Shown here: piece after piece, positions 19,638 through 27,414 of the stretch
Position numbering within the stretch: position 1 is the first letter of the stretch
Layout of the letters: each line of letters begins with the position of its first letter
The notes under the pieces: model-generated
Database searches by the model: none
What the model saw: only the letters and a program-made list of their open reading frames with translations
Told to the model about the DNA's origin: nothing
Source of the DNA: an uncultured Gemmatimonadales bacterium
GTDB lineage: Bacteria > Gemmatimonadota > Gemmatimonadetes > Longimicrobiales > RSA9
Length of the DNA: 64,000 bases
Direction: 5' to 3'
Assembly: GCA_963816355.1 (NCBI GenBank)
Contig: CAWFKH010000003.1
Coordinates: forward strand, 704,001-768,000
Program-made: the position numbers and the translations under genes

Positions 19638-19757
19638 GTTACGGCACGCCCGTAACATTTTATTGCGCCGGGCGAGTCGTTGCGGGGTCGCATCATATCG
19701 AAGTGACGTAATTCCAACAACTTAGCGATTTGACCCGGCGTGGCATGGGAATTGTCC
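19638..19757 (+). promoter_or_regulatory. sigma54 promoter region of the EPS operon: putative UAS, IHF-like site, -24/-12 element
   Basis: GTTACGG-N5-CCGTAAC (19638-19656) and CGTAACATTTTATTGCG (19651-19667); CAA-CAAC-TTA (19715-19724); TGGCATGGGAATTGTCC (19741-19757). Confidence 0.65.
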
Positions 19758-19814
19758 TACACCGGGTGTCGTATGCATTCCTCCCATTCCAACAGATCAA
19801 GCGCGGGTGAGCCA

Positions 19815-21374
19815 ATGGGGGTCGAGACCGCGGAGAGCCGGGATACCGTGATTTCGACGGGTGTCGAGGCCTTCGACCATCGCATCGGGGGTTTGACGGA
19901 GGGCCGCTACTACGTGTTGAGCGGCTCGCCGGGCTCGGGCAAGACATCGTCGGCGCTGCATTTCCTGGGAGCGGGGCTGGAGGCGGGGGAGACGGTGGCG
20001 ATCCTGACGCAGGAGGATCCATCGGATCTGATCGCGCAGGGGGTCTACCTGGGGTACGACTTCCAGCCGGCGGCGGAGACGGATCATCTGCTGCTGTTCC
20101 GTTACCGCCTGGACTTCCAGCGGCACTATTCGCGGGTGGCGGAGCCGGAGTACGTCTTCGAGGAGTTGAAGGCGATGCTGTGGGAGCGGGTGCCGTCGCG
20201 CTTCGCGATCGACTCGATCCTGCCGCTGCTGGAGGGGGGTCTCGCGGCCGAGGAGGCGATCGACGCGTTCGCGCGCTTCCTCGAGGAGATCCCGTGCACG
20301 ACGTACCTGACGGTGCCGGGGGACCTGAGCGAGAGCTATTACCGCCGCATGTACACGCAGATCACGTCGGGTGCGGCGGGGATCTTCCATTTCGAGAATC
20401 TGGCGGGCGGCGTGCGGCAGATGACGGTGCGCAAGCTGCGCCAGTCGGTGTCGTCGCAGGAGCCGATCCGGTTCGTGATCCGCCCCGGAGCGGGCGTCGT
20501 GGAGGACCTGGCGCTGCGCTCGCACGACGAGCTTTCGGAGGAGCAGCGTCGGCGCGTCGTGCTGCTGACGATGGGCGGCCGTTTCCCGGCGGAGTGGGCG
20601 GACGCGCTGGGCAGCTACGACGTGAGCCTGTACAAGGGGATGGAGGAGGCGTTCGGCGATCTGGCGTCGGCGGAGTACGGCGCGCTGCTGATCGCGATGA
20701 ACCCGCTCGAGCCGGAGCCCGTCCTGCACCTGACGCGGGAGCTGCGCAAGGCGGGCAACGGCGCGCCGATCCTCTTCGTCTCGCCGGTACGCGGGCTGCG
20801 GGCGCACACGCGGGCGCAGGGGTTGCGCGCGGGTGGCGACGATTTCCTGACGGACGCGCTGACGCCGACGGAGCTGCTGGCGCGCATCGACAACGCGCGC
20901 GAGCGCGGTCATCGCCGTCTGTCGCCGGGTACGGTGGCGGCGGCGGCGCCGTTCTCGCAGCCGATCGACGACGACGACCGCTACCTGCTGATGCCGGCGG
21001 ACCTCTTCCGGCAGGTGCTGCGCGAGCACACCGAGCAGGACGCGGCGCAGGCGTTCTTCGCGCTGGTCCTGCTCGGCGCGGGGGAGCAGGACGCGACGGA
21101 GGCGTGGTCGGTGCTTCAGCAGCGGCTGCGCATCAAGGACGGGGACCTGGTGGCGCAGCTCGAGGACGGTCAGCTCGCCGTCTACCTGCACGACATCCAC
21201 CGCAAGCAGGTGAAGGACCTGCTCACGCGACTCGTGGAAGCGCACCCCGGTCTGGCGGACCTCGGCTCGACCGTCGTGCTCTCCTATCCGGCGGACCGTG
21301 ACGCCGTCGGCGCGTGGCTGAGCGGCAGGGGAGCGGTGCCCGTCGAGATCGGCGTCGGGACGCCGGTGGCCTGA
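19815..21374 (+). CDS. KaiC/RAD55-like ATPase fused to pseudo-receiver and degenerate GGDEF domain (BcsE-like architecture)
   Basis: STGV..FD...GG, GSPGSGKT, FAIDS, VRKLR; REC-like GAPILFVS...GLRAGGDDFL...ELLARI lacking the phospho-Asp and Lys; GGDEF-like FALVLL...LRIKDGDLVAQLEDGQLAVYL. Confidence 0.75.
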   Translation: MGVETAESRDTVISTGVEAFDHRIGGLTEGRYYVLSGSPGSGKTSSALHFLGAGLEAGETVAILTQEDPSDLIAQGVYLGYDFQPAAETDHLLLFRYRLDFQRHYSRVAEPEYVFEELKAMLWERVPSRFAIDSILPLLEGGLAAEEAIDAFARFLEEIPCTTYLTVPGDLSESYYRRMYTQITSGAAGIFHFENLAGGVRQMTVRKLRQSVSSQEPIRFVIRPGAGVVEDLALRSHDELSEEQRRRVVLLTMGGRFPAEWADALGSYDVSLYKGMEEAFGDLASAEYGALLIAMNPLEPEPVLHLTRELRKAGNGAPILFVSPVRGLRAHTRAQGLRAGGDDFLTDALTPTELLARIDNARERGHRRLSPGTVAAAAPFSQPIDDDDRYLLMPADLFRQVLREHTEQDAAQAFFALVLLGAGEQDATEAWSVLQQRLRIKDGDLVAQLEDGQLAVYLHDIHRKQVKDLLTRLVEAHPGLADLGSTVVLSYPADRDAVGAWLSGRGAVPVEIGVGTPVA

Positions 21375-21376
21375 AC

Positions 21377-23581
21377 ATGCCGGAAGAAAAGCGGCGCTAC
21401 GGCCTGTCGTTGGGCCTCATCATCCTGGCCGTAGCCGCGGCCGCGATCGCGGCGCTCTACTACCTGTACGGGCGGCCGGAGGTCGTCTCGCTCGAGCAGG
21501 TCTTCGGCGAGCCGACCCGCGCGCCCATGGTCGAGGCCGCGCACCTGCCCATCCGCCCGACCGACATCGCCCGCGTCCGCGAAGGCGACATCCACATCGC
21601 CGACGAGCCGCGCGTGCAGGCGCCCGCCGCGCCGGAACCGACGCCGCCTCCGCCGCCCACGCCGCTCGAGATCGCCCGTGCGCACGCGGCGCGTAAGGAA
21701 TGGGACCGCGCGCTGCACGGCTACGACGCCCTGCTTCGTGCGCACCCGGACGACGACGCCCTCGCGATCGAGCGCGCGCGCGTGCTCGCCTGGTCCGGCC
21801 ATCCGGACCTCGCCGCCGATGCCCTCGTCCCGGTGCTCGAAGGCCGGCCCCGCGACGCCGCGCTCCAGTTCGAGCGCGGTCAGTTCCTGTGGTGGTCGGG
21901 CGCCACCTGGGCGGCCGACTCCGCGCTGAGCCGCGCGCTCGCCCTGAATCCGTCGCTGGAGACCGCGCGCGCGCTCCGCCGCGACGTGCGGCGCAGCGTC
22001 GCGCCTTCGGTCGCCGTGGCGCGCGGCTGGCTCGAGGACGACCCCACGCCGAGTGCCGAGCTGACGCTCGCCCGCGCCCTCGCCCGCGAGGAGCGCTACG
22101 CCGAGGCGCTGCCCGTCTACCGCGCGGCGATGACCGCGGCCGCCGCCCGCGCCGCGCCGGCCGATTCGGTCCGCCTCGAGGCGGTGGACGTCGCGATCGC
22201 TGCGGATTCGCTCGACCTGGCGGCGCGCGTGCTGGTGGCGTACCTGCGCACGCATCCGGACGACGCCGGCGCGCGCCTGCGTCTCGCCCGCGTCTACACC
22301 TGGGCGGAGCGCCCGGACAGCGCGGTGGCGGAGTACACGCGGCTGCTGCGGCGCTCCGACGACCCGCAGCTCCGGCTCGAGCGCGCGACCGTCCTGACGA
22401 CGACGTCGGAGTGGCCGCGCGCGCGGCCGGACCTGCTCGCGGTCGTCGCGGCGCGGCCGCGGGATGCGAAGGCGTTGAAGCTGCTGGGCGACGTCGCGCG
22501 CTGGGACGGCGCGTGGCAGGAAGCGCTCGACCTCTACCGCCGCGCGCAGGCGGTGGAGCCGGACCTCGCGGGCGTGGCCGTCGGCATCTCGGACGCGGAG
22601 CACATGCTCGCGGTGGTGGCGGAGTCGCGCGACACGGTGGCGGTGCGGCCGCGCGTCGCGTGGTCGGTGAACGGCGAGGCGTTCGGCGACAGCGAGGAGT
22701 TCCGCTGGTACGAGACGACGGCGCGCTGGGGCAGGATTCTCGGCGCGGGGCCGGGCAGCGGCGTCGTCGGCCTGAGCGCGGCGCAGGGCTTCAGCCAGGG
22801 CGCCCGCCTGGGCGCCGGTTCGCCGGAGGTGACCGGCTGGGGGCTCGGCGCGTGGGGGCGCATCGCCGCGGGCCGCGACGTCGTCCTGTCCGGTGAGGCG
22901 GGGCTGCGCGCCTTCAGCGGCGTGGGCGCCGTGCCGTCGCTGGCGGCGTCGATCGCGCTCGCGCACAGCTATCCGACGCGCCTCGAGCTGAACGCGGCCT
23001 ACGGCCCGGCGGTGCGGCGCGTCGCGACCGCGGCCGCGCTGGAAGCGGACGTGCGCTCGGCGCGGCTGCAGGCGGTGGCCGAGCACTACGGTGCGGCGTG
23101 GGGCGTCGCGAGCGACGTCGAATACGAGCACCTCTCCTCCTACCTGGGCGGGACGAACCGGGTGGCGGGAAGCGTGACGGTGCAGCGTCTGCTCGCGCGG
23201 GGCTTCTACGGCGTGGCGGGGCTCGGATTCGTGAGCGCGGACGTGGCCAGTCCGCTGCTTCCCGGCTGGGGCTCGCTGTACTGGACGCCCGAATACTACG
23301 TGGCCCCGCAGGTCGGCATCCGTCTCGAGCGGCCGCTGAACGAGGCGGTGCACGCGACGCTGCGCGTCAACCCCGGCTACGCCTTCGTACGCGAGCGGCC
23401 GGGCAGCGAGATCCGCTTCGATCGGGAGCGGGTACCGTTCCTGGGCGCGGGTCTCGACGTGATCTACTCGCCCGCGAGCTATGACTTCGGCGTGAGTGCC
23501 GACTGGAGCGGCGCGCTGGACGCCGGCTACCGTGCCGCGGCGCTGCGGGCCTGGCTCTCGCCGCATGTGAGGTGGCCGTGA
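21377..23581 (+). CDS. TPR-repeat protein with C-terminal putative outer-membrane beta-barrel (PgaA/BcsC-like exporter)
   Basis: N-terminal hydrophobic helix, Pro-rich linker, TPR units (RARVLAWSG, LARVYTWAE, LGDVARWDG), then amphipathic beta-strands with LYWTPEYY; aromatic C-terminus. Confidence 0.7.
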   Translation: MPEEKRRYGLSLGLIILAVAAAAIAALYYLYGRPEVVSLEQVFGEPTRAPMVEAAHLPIRPTDIARVREGDIHIADEPRVQAPAAPEPTPPPPPTPLEIARAHAARKEWDRALHGYDALLRAHPDDDALAIERARVLAWSGHPDLAADALVPVLEGRPRDAALQFERGQFLWWSGATWAADSALSRALALNPSLETARALRRDVRRSVAPSVAVARGWLEDDPTPSAELTLARALAREERYAEALPVYRAAMTAAAARAAPADSVRLEAVDVAIAADSLDLAARVLVAYLRTHPDDAGARLRLARVYTWAERPDSAVAEYTRLLRRSDDPQLRLERATVLTTTSEWPRARPDLLAVVAARPRDAKALKLLGDVARWDGAWQEALDLYRRAQAVEPDLAGVAVGISDAEHMLAVVAESRDTVAVRPRVAWSVNGEAFGDSEEFRWYETTARWGRILGAGPGSGVVGLSAAQGFSQGARLGAGSPEVTGWGLGAWGRIAAGRDVVLSGEAGLRAFSGVGAVPSLAASIALAHSYPTRLELNAAYGPAVRRVATAAALEADVRSARLQAVAEHYGAAWGVASDVEYEHLSSYLGGTNRVAGSVTVQRLLARGFYGVAGLGFVSADVASPLLPGWGSLYWTPEYYVAPQVGIRLERPLNEAVHATLRVNPGYAFVRERPGSEIRFDRERVPFLGAGLDVIYSPASYDFGVSADWSGALDAGYRAAALRAWLSPHVRWP

Positions 23582-24909
23582 TCAGGAGACCGCGCTACGT
23601 CCTGCTCTTCGCATCCGGCGTCATCGCGATCGTCGGGATCGCGGGGCTGATCGTCAGCATCATCTGGTCGCTCGAGGCGCCGCCGGAGATCCAGAACGCG
23701 ATCATCCGGGCCACGGTCGTGCTGCTCATGGCGTTCCTGGGCGTGCTCGTCTTCCGCTACGTCGTGCTGCTCTGGCTCGGCTACCTGCAGCACGCCGAGG
23801 AGGTGGCCGAGCCGGATCGCGCCGAGATGCGGATCCTGCCGCCGGTCAGCGTCATCGTCCCCGCCTACAACGAGGGCGCCGTCGTGCAGGACGCCGTACG
23901 CTCGATCCTGCGCATGGACTACCCCCGCATCGAGGTGCTCGTCATCGACGACGGCAGCACCGACGACACGTTCGAGAAGGCGGCGGCGCTCGAGGGGCGG
24001 CACGGCAACGCCGTCGTACGCGTCATCAGCAAGTCGAACGCGGGCAAGGCCGCGGCGCTGAACACCGGCATCGCGCTCGCGCGCTACCCCTTCGTCATGT
24101 GCGTCGATGGCGACTCGACGCTCAGCCGCAACGCGCTCCGCACCGCGATGCGCCACTTCCGCGATCCGCGCGTCGCCGCCGTCGCCGGCAACGTCAAGGT
24201 GGAGAACCGGACGAACCTGTGGACGCGGCTGCAGGCGCTCGAGTACATCGAGGGCCTCAACATGCCGCGGCGCGCCCAGGGCCTCATGCGCGCCGTCAAC
24301 ATCATCCCGGGCCCGATCGGCGTCTTCCGCCGCGACGTGCTGCAGAAGCTGGGCGGCTACGACACCGACACGTTCGCCGAGGACGCGGACCTGACGCTGA
24401 AGATCCTCACGGCGGGCTATCGCATCGAGTACGCCCCGGAGGCGGTCGCCTACACCGAGGTGCCGGTCGACCTGCCGGCGCTCATCAAGCAGCGCTATCG
24501 GTGGACGCGCGGCATCCTGCAGGCGATCGGCAAGCGCAAGTGGGTGCTGCTGCGGCCCACCACGGACGCGACCGTCTGGCTCTCCATCGCGATGATGCTC
24601 TTCGAGGCGGTCATCTGGCCGTTCATGAACGTGGTCGGCCACCTGTTCTTCGTCCTGATCGCCCTCGCCTACGGCGCCGGCGTCTATCTGATCAGCTGGT
24701 GGCTGCTGCTCACGCTGCTCGACGTCGCCGCCGCGCTCCACACCGTGGCCATCGAGGAGGAGGACCTCAGCCTCGTTCCGCTGGCGGTGATCTACCGCTT
24801 CTTCTTCATCCTCTTCATCGACGTGACCAAGCTCTTCGCGACGGTCGAGGAGGCGTTCAAGTTCGAAATGAGCTGGGGCAAGCTGGAAAGGGTGGGACGG
24901 ACGACATGA
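23578..24909 (+). CDS. Processive GT2 polysaccharide synthase, PgaC/IcaA-like
   Basis: VIVPAYNE, IDDGSTD, NAGKAAALN, VDGDS, AEDADLT, QRYRW; N- and C-terminal TM helices; no PilZ domain. Confidence 0.88.
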   Translation: MIRRPRYVLLFASGVIAIVGIAGLIVSIIWSLEAPPEIQNAIIRATVVLLMAFLGVLVFRYVVLLWLGYLQHAEEVAEPDRAEMRILPPVSVIVPAYNEGAVVQDAVRSILRMDYPRIEVLVIDDGSTDDTFEKAAALEGRHGNAVVRVISKSNAGKAAALNTGIALARYPFVMCVDGDSTLSRNALRTAMRHFRDPRVAAVAGNVKVENRTNLWTRLQALEYIEGLNMPRRAQGLMRAVNIIPGPIGVFRRDVLQKLGGYDTDTFAEDADLTLKILTAGYRIEYAPEAVAYTEVPVDLPALIKQRYRWTRGILQAIGKRKWVLLRPTTDATVWLSIAMMLFEAVIWPFMNVVGHLFFVLIALAYGAGVYLISWWLLLTLLDVAAALHTVAIEEEDLSLVPLAVIYRFFFILFIDVTKLFATVEEAFKFEMSWGKLERVGRTT

Positions 24910-25097
24910 GCGTACTCGATGTGCTGGTCCTCGTCATCATCGTGACCATCGTCGTCACGATGACCCTCGCCGTCGTCAGCTACGGCGCCTTCAAGATCCG
25001 CGAACGGCGGCGACCCGCGCCGGAGCCGACCGAGCGGGAGGGACCGCTCTTCTTCGAGCGGGTCCGCGTCACGCCGCGCGCTTCCGCCGAGGCCTGA
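24906..25097 (+). CDS. Small single-TM protein (63 aa) coupled to the synthase
   Basis: ATGA overlap; VLDVLVLVIIVTIVVTMTLAVVSY followed by basic KIRERRR. Confidence 0.7.
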   Translation: MSVLDVLVLVIIVTIVVTMTLAVVSYGAFKIRERRRPAPEPTEREGPLFFERVRVTPRASAEA

Positions 25098-25172
25098 TTG
25101 GACGGCTCCCGCAGACGCCGCGTCACGCCACGCGCCAGCGCGGAGGCCTGATTGGGCGGTCGCCGTGCACGC
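25065..25172 (+). repeat. Imperfect 54-bp tandem duplication spanning the small-protein stop and deacetylase start
   Basis: Units 25065-25118 and 25119-25172 both read RVTPRASAEA*-TTG. Confidence 0.85.
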
Positions 25173-27041
25173 TTCCTCGCGCTGGCGATCAGCGTTGGGG
25201 CCGCTGCGATCTTCTTCGCCTCGGCCGGTTTCTTCTGGACCTCGCTGCCACCCACCGCCGGCCTGCTCGGAAACACGCCGTCGTGGTACGCCGATCGCGG
25301 CGCGGGACCGCCGCAGCTTCCCACTGCGACGTGGCCCGGCTCGCTCGCCGGCGTGCGGGTCGCCGTGCTCGAGGACCCGGAGAACCAGCGCGTCACGCCG
25401 CCCGGCTTCTATTCCGCCGAGGTGGCCGCGTGGAAGCGGCTGCTCGAAGATCGCGGCGCCCGCTACGCGCCGGTCTCCACCGCCGACGTCCTCGTGCTGC
25501 CCTACGCGCTCTGCATGAGCTGGCCGCTGCGGCTCCTCGTCGCCCGCCACCTGAATGCGGGGAAGGGCGTCGTCACGGCCGGCCCGATCGGCAGCTACGG
25601 CGCGCACTGCGACCCGACCCCCGATACGTTCATCTCCCAGCTCCTCGGCGGTCCGGGCTCGATGCGCCTCCTCACCCAGCCGGATTCCGGCTCCGACTAC
25701 GCCGTCGTCCTCGGCGAGAGCGCGCTCGGCGCCGGCGTCCCGCCCGGCGCCCGCATGGAGATCCGGCCCGCCCGTCAGATCGTCTTCCGCGGCGCCGAGC
25801 GCGGCATCTACTACGCCGACTACATGCGCGCCCCGGTCGCATCCGCCGCCGGTGTCGGCGCTGCACCCGCCGCGCCCGCCGCCGGCTCGACGTCCGCAGC
25901 GCCCGCCGCGGGCTCGACATCCGCCGCGGCGTCTCCCGAGCCCTACGACGGCGCCGTGGTCCGCATCCGCGTGGGCGACGGCCGCGCAGCCGCCTTCGGC
26001 TTCGCGCTCACGCACCTGGTCGAGGGGTTCAGCGCGGAGGTGGGCCGCACCGTCGCGACGAACGCGATCCGCTGGGCGGCGGGGCAGCCGGTGCTGCAGA
26101 TCGCGCCGTGGCCGAGCGGTCACAGCCTCGCGGTGGTTCTGGCGCAGGACGTCGAGATGGGCTTCGAGAACGCGCAGCCGGTGGGACAGTTGGTGCACGC
26201 GCGCCACGCCCCCGCCACCTTCTTTCTGCTCGGCACCGACGCCGAGGCGCACGAGAAGCTGACGAAGTCGCTGGACGGACGCGTGGAGCTCGGCACGCAC
26301 ACGGTCGACCACCGCGCGCTGGGAGGCCTGCCGCTCGACCGGCAGGTGCGCCAGCTCGAGTGGGCCCAGCGCCAGATGACCGCCCTCATCGGCCACCCGG
26401 TCGCCGGGCTGCGGCCGCCCGAGGAACGCTTCGACCTCGCCACACTGCGCGCGTGGCGCGCCGCCGGCGGCGCCTACGTCTTCGCATCGAACAACATGCG
26501 GGCCGCCGCACCCGAGATCATACCGCTCGGCGACGACTCGATCATCCTCCTCGCGCGCGACGACCACGACGACTACCACCTACTGGCCCAGGAAGGGATC
26601 CGCGACCGCGAGAAGCTGCTCGCGCGCTTTCTCGACGGCGTTCGCGAGACCGCCGATTACCGCGGCCTCGACATGATCAGCTTCCACTCCCATCTGCTCG
26701 GCAGCCCCGAGCTGCGGGGCGTGCTCGCGTCGCTCGTCGACGGCCTGCGGCACGACCCCGGCGTCTGGCTGGCCGACGCCGCCGACGTCGCTACGTGGTG
26801 GAAGGCGCGCGCGCACGTCCGCGTCACGTCCGGGGCGGACGCCGGCACCGCCGTCGTCGTCAACGACGGCTCCGCTCGCGTCGAAGGCCTCGTGCTTCTC
26901 GCCGACCTGGCCGACGGTACGCGCCGCCGCATCGATCTGCCGGCCCTCGACGCCGGCGCACAAACGGTCGTGGTGATCCAAGCGCCCGCGGCCGCGACCG
27001 GCGCCTCCGCGGCGACGGATGTCGCCGCCGGGACACGCTGA
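25152..27041 (+). CDS. Exported/membrane-anchored polysaccharide deacetylase (CE4/NodB domain) with large N-terminal alpha/beta domain
   Basis: GGAGG RBS plus TTG; N-terminal TM; LAQDVE, ATFFLLG, ELGTHTVDH, LRPPEE, ISFHSH. Confidence 0.78.
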   Translation: MGGRRARFLALAISVGAAAIFFASAGFFWTSLPPTAGLLGNTPSWYADRGAGPPQLPTATWPGSLAGVRVAVLEDPENQRVTPPGFYSAEVAAWKRLLEDRGARYAPVSTADVLVLPYALCMSWPLRLLVARHLNAGKGVVTAGPIGSYGAHCDPTPDTFISQLLGGPGSMRLLTQPDSGSDYAVVLGESALGAGVPPGARMEIRPARQIVFRGAERGIYYADYMRAPVASAAGVGAAPAAPAAGSTSAAPAAGSTSAAASPEPYDGAVVRIRVGDGRAAAFGFALTHLVEGFSAEVGRTVATNAIRWAAGQPVLQIAPWPSGHSLAVVLAQDVEMGFENAQPVGQLVHARHAPATFFLLGTDAEAHEKLTKSLDGRVELGTHTVDHRALGGLPLDRQVRQLEWAQRQMTALIGHPVAGLRPPEERFDLATLRAWRAAGGAYVFASNNMRAAAPEIIPLGDDSIILLARDDHDDYHLLAQEGIRDREKLLARFLDGVRETADYRGLDMISFHSHLLGSPELRGVLASLVDGLRHDPGVWLADAADVATWWKARAHVRVTSGADAGTAVVVNDGSARVEGLVLLADLADGTRRRIDLPALDAGAQTVVVIQAPAAATGASAATDVAAGTR

Positions 27042-27070
27042 CCGGGCCGGCCAACCCAGGAGATCGGACC

Positions 27071-27250
27071 ATGCCGCAATTCGTGATCAACCTCGCCAAG
27101 ATGATCGTCAACGCGTTCACCGCGCTCGGTCACTTACTCGGCAAGTTCTTCTACAGCCTCGGCCACGACTGGAACCTGGCGTGGGTGCCCGTGATCGTCG
27201 TGCTCGCGCTCGGTTTCGCCATCTGGGCTCTGGCGCTGCGGAAGGACTGA
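27071..27250 (+). CDS. Small membrane protein (59 aa)
   Basis: AGGAGA RBS; C-terminal TM LAWVPVIVVLALGFAIWALAL; typical codon usage. Confidence 0.65.
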   Translation: MPQFVINLAKMIVNAFTALGHLLGKFFYSLGHDWNLAWVPVIVVLALGFAIWALALRKD

Positions 27251-27315
27251 GACGCACCGCGCCGACGCCACCGCGCCGGCGTACCTGCCGCGCGCCCCCG
27301 CAAGGGATGGGAAAG

Positions 27316-27398
27316 CGGAGGGGGTGGGATTCGAACCCACGGACCTTGCGGTCGCCCGATTTCAAGTCGGGTGCGTTCAACCACTCCGCCACCCCTCC
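27316..27398 (-). tRNA. tRNA-Ser(TGA), CCA not encoded
   Basis: GGAGGGG/CCCCTCC acceptor, CCCGA-CT-TGA-AA-TCGGG anticodon arm, long variable arm, GGTTCGAATCC. Confidence 0.96.
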
Positions 27399-27414
27399 AA
27401 CCCGCCAAGATAGC

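Noticed and set aside
19815..21374. Circadian clock KaiC, or an active diguanylate cyclase/response regulator
   Set aside because: Single ATPase domain and no kaiA/kaiB; the GG(D/E)EF signature and phospho-acceptor Asp are absent.
23578..24909. Cellulose synthase BcsA, or a definite pgaC call
   Set aside because: No PilZ domain and no bcsB/bcsZ; no canonical pgaB or pgaD, so no symbol was assigned.
25095..25151. Selenocysteine recoding of the two in-frame TGA codons
   Set aside because: No SECIS-like hairpin or redox motif context; the deacetylase has its own RBS and signal anchor.
27316..27398. Tad/EPS cluster as an island integrated at tRNA-Ser
   Set aside because: No integrase, no duplicated tRNA 3' end seen in the window, and no obvious composition shift.
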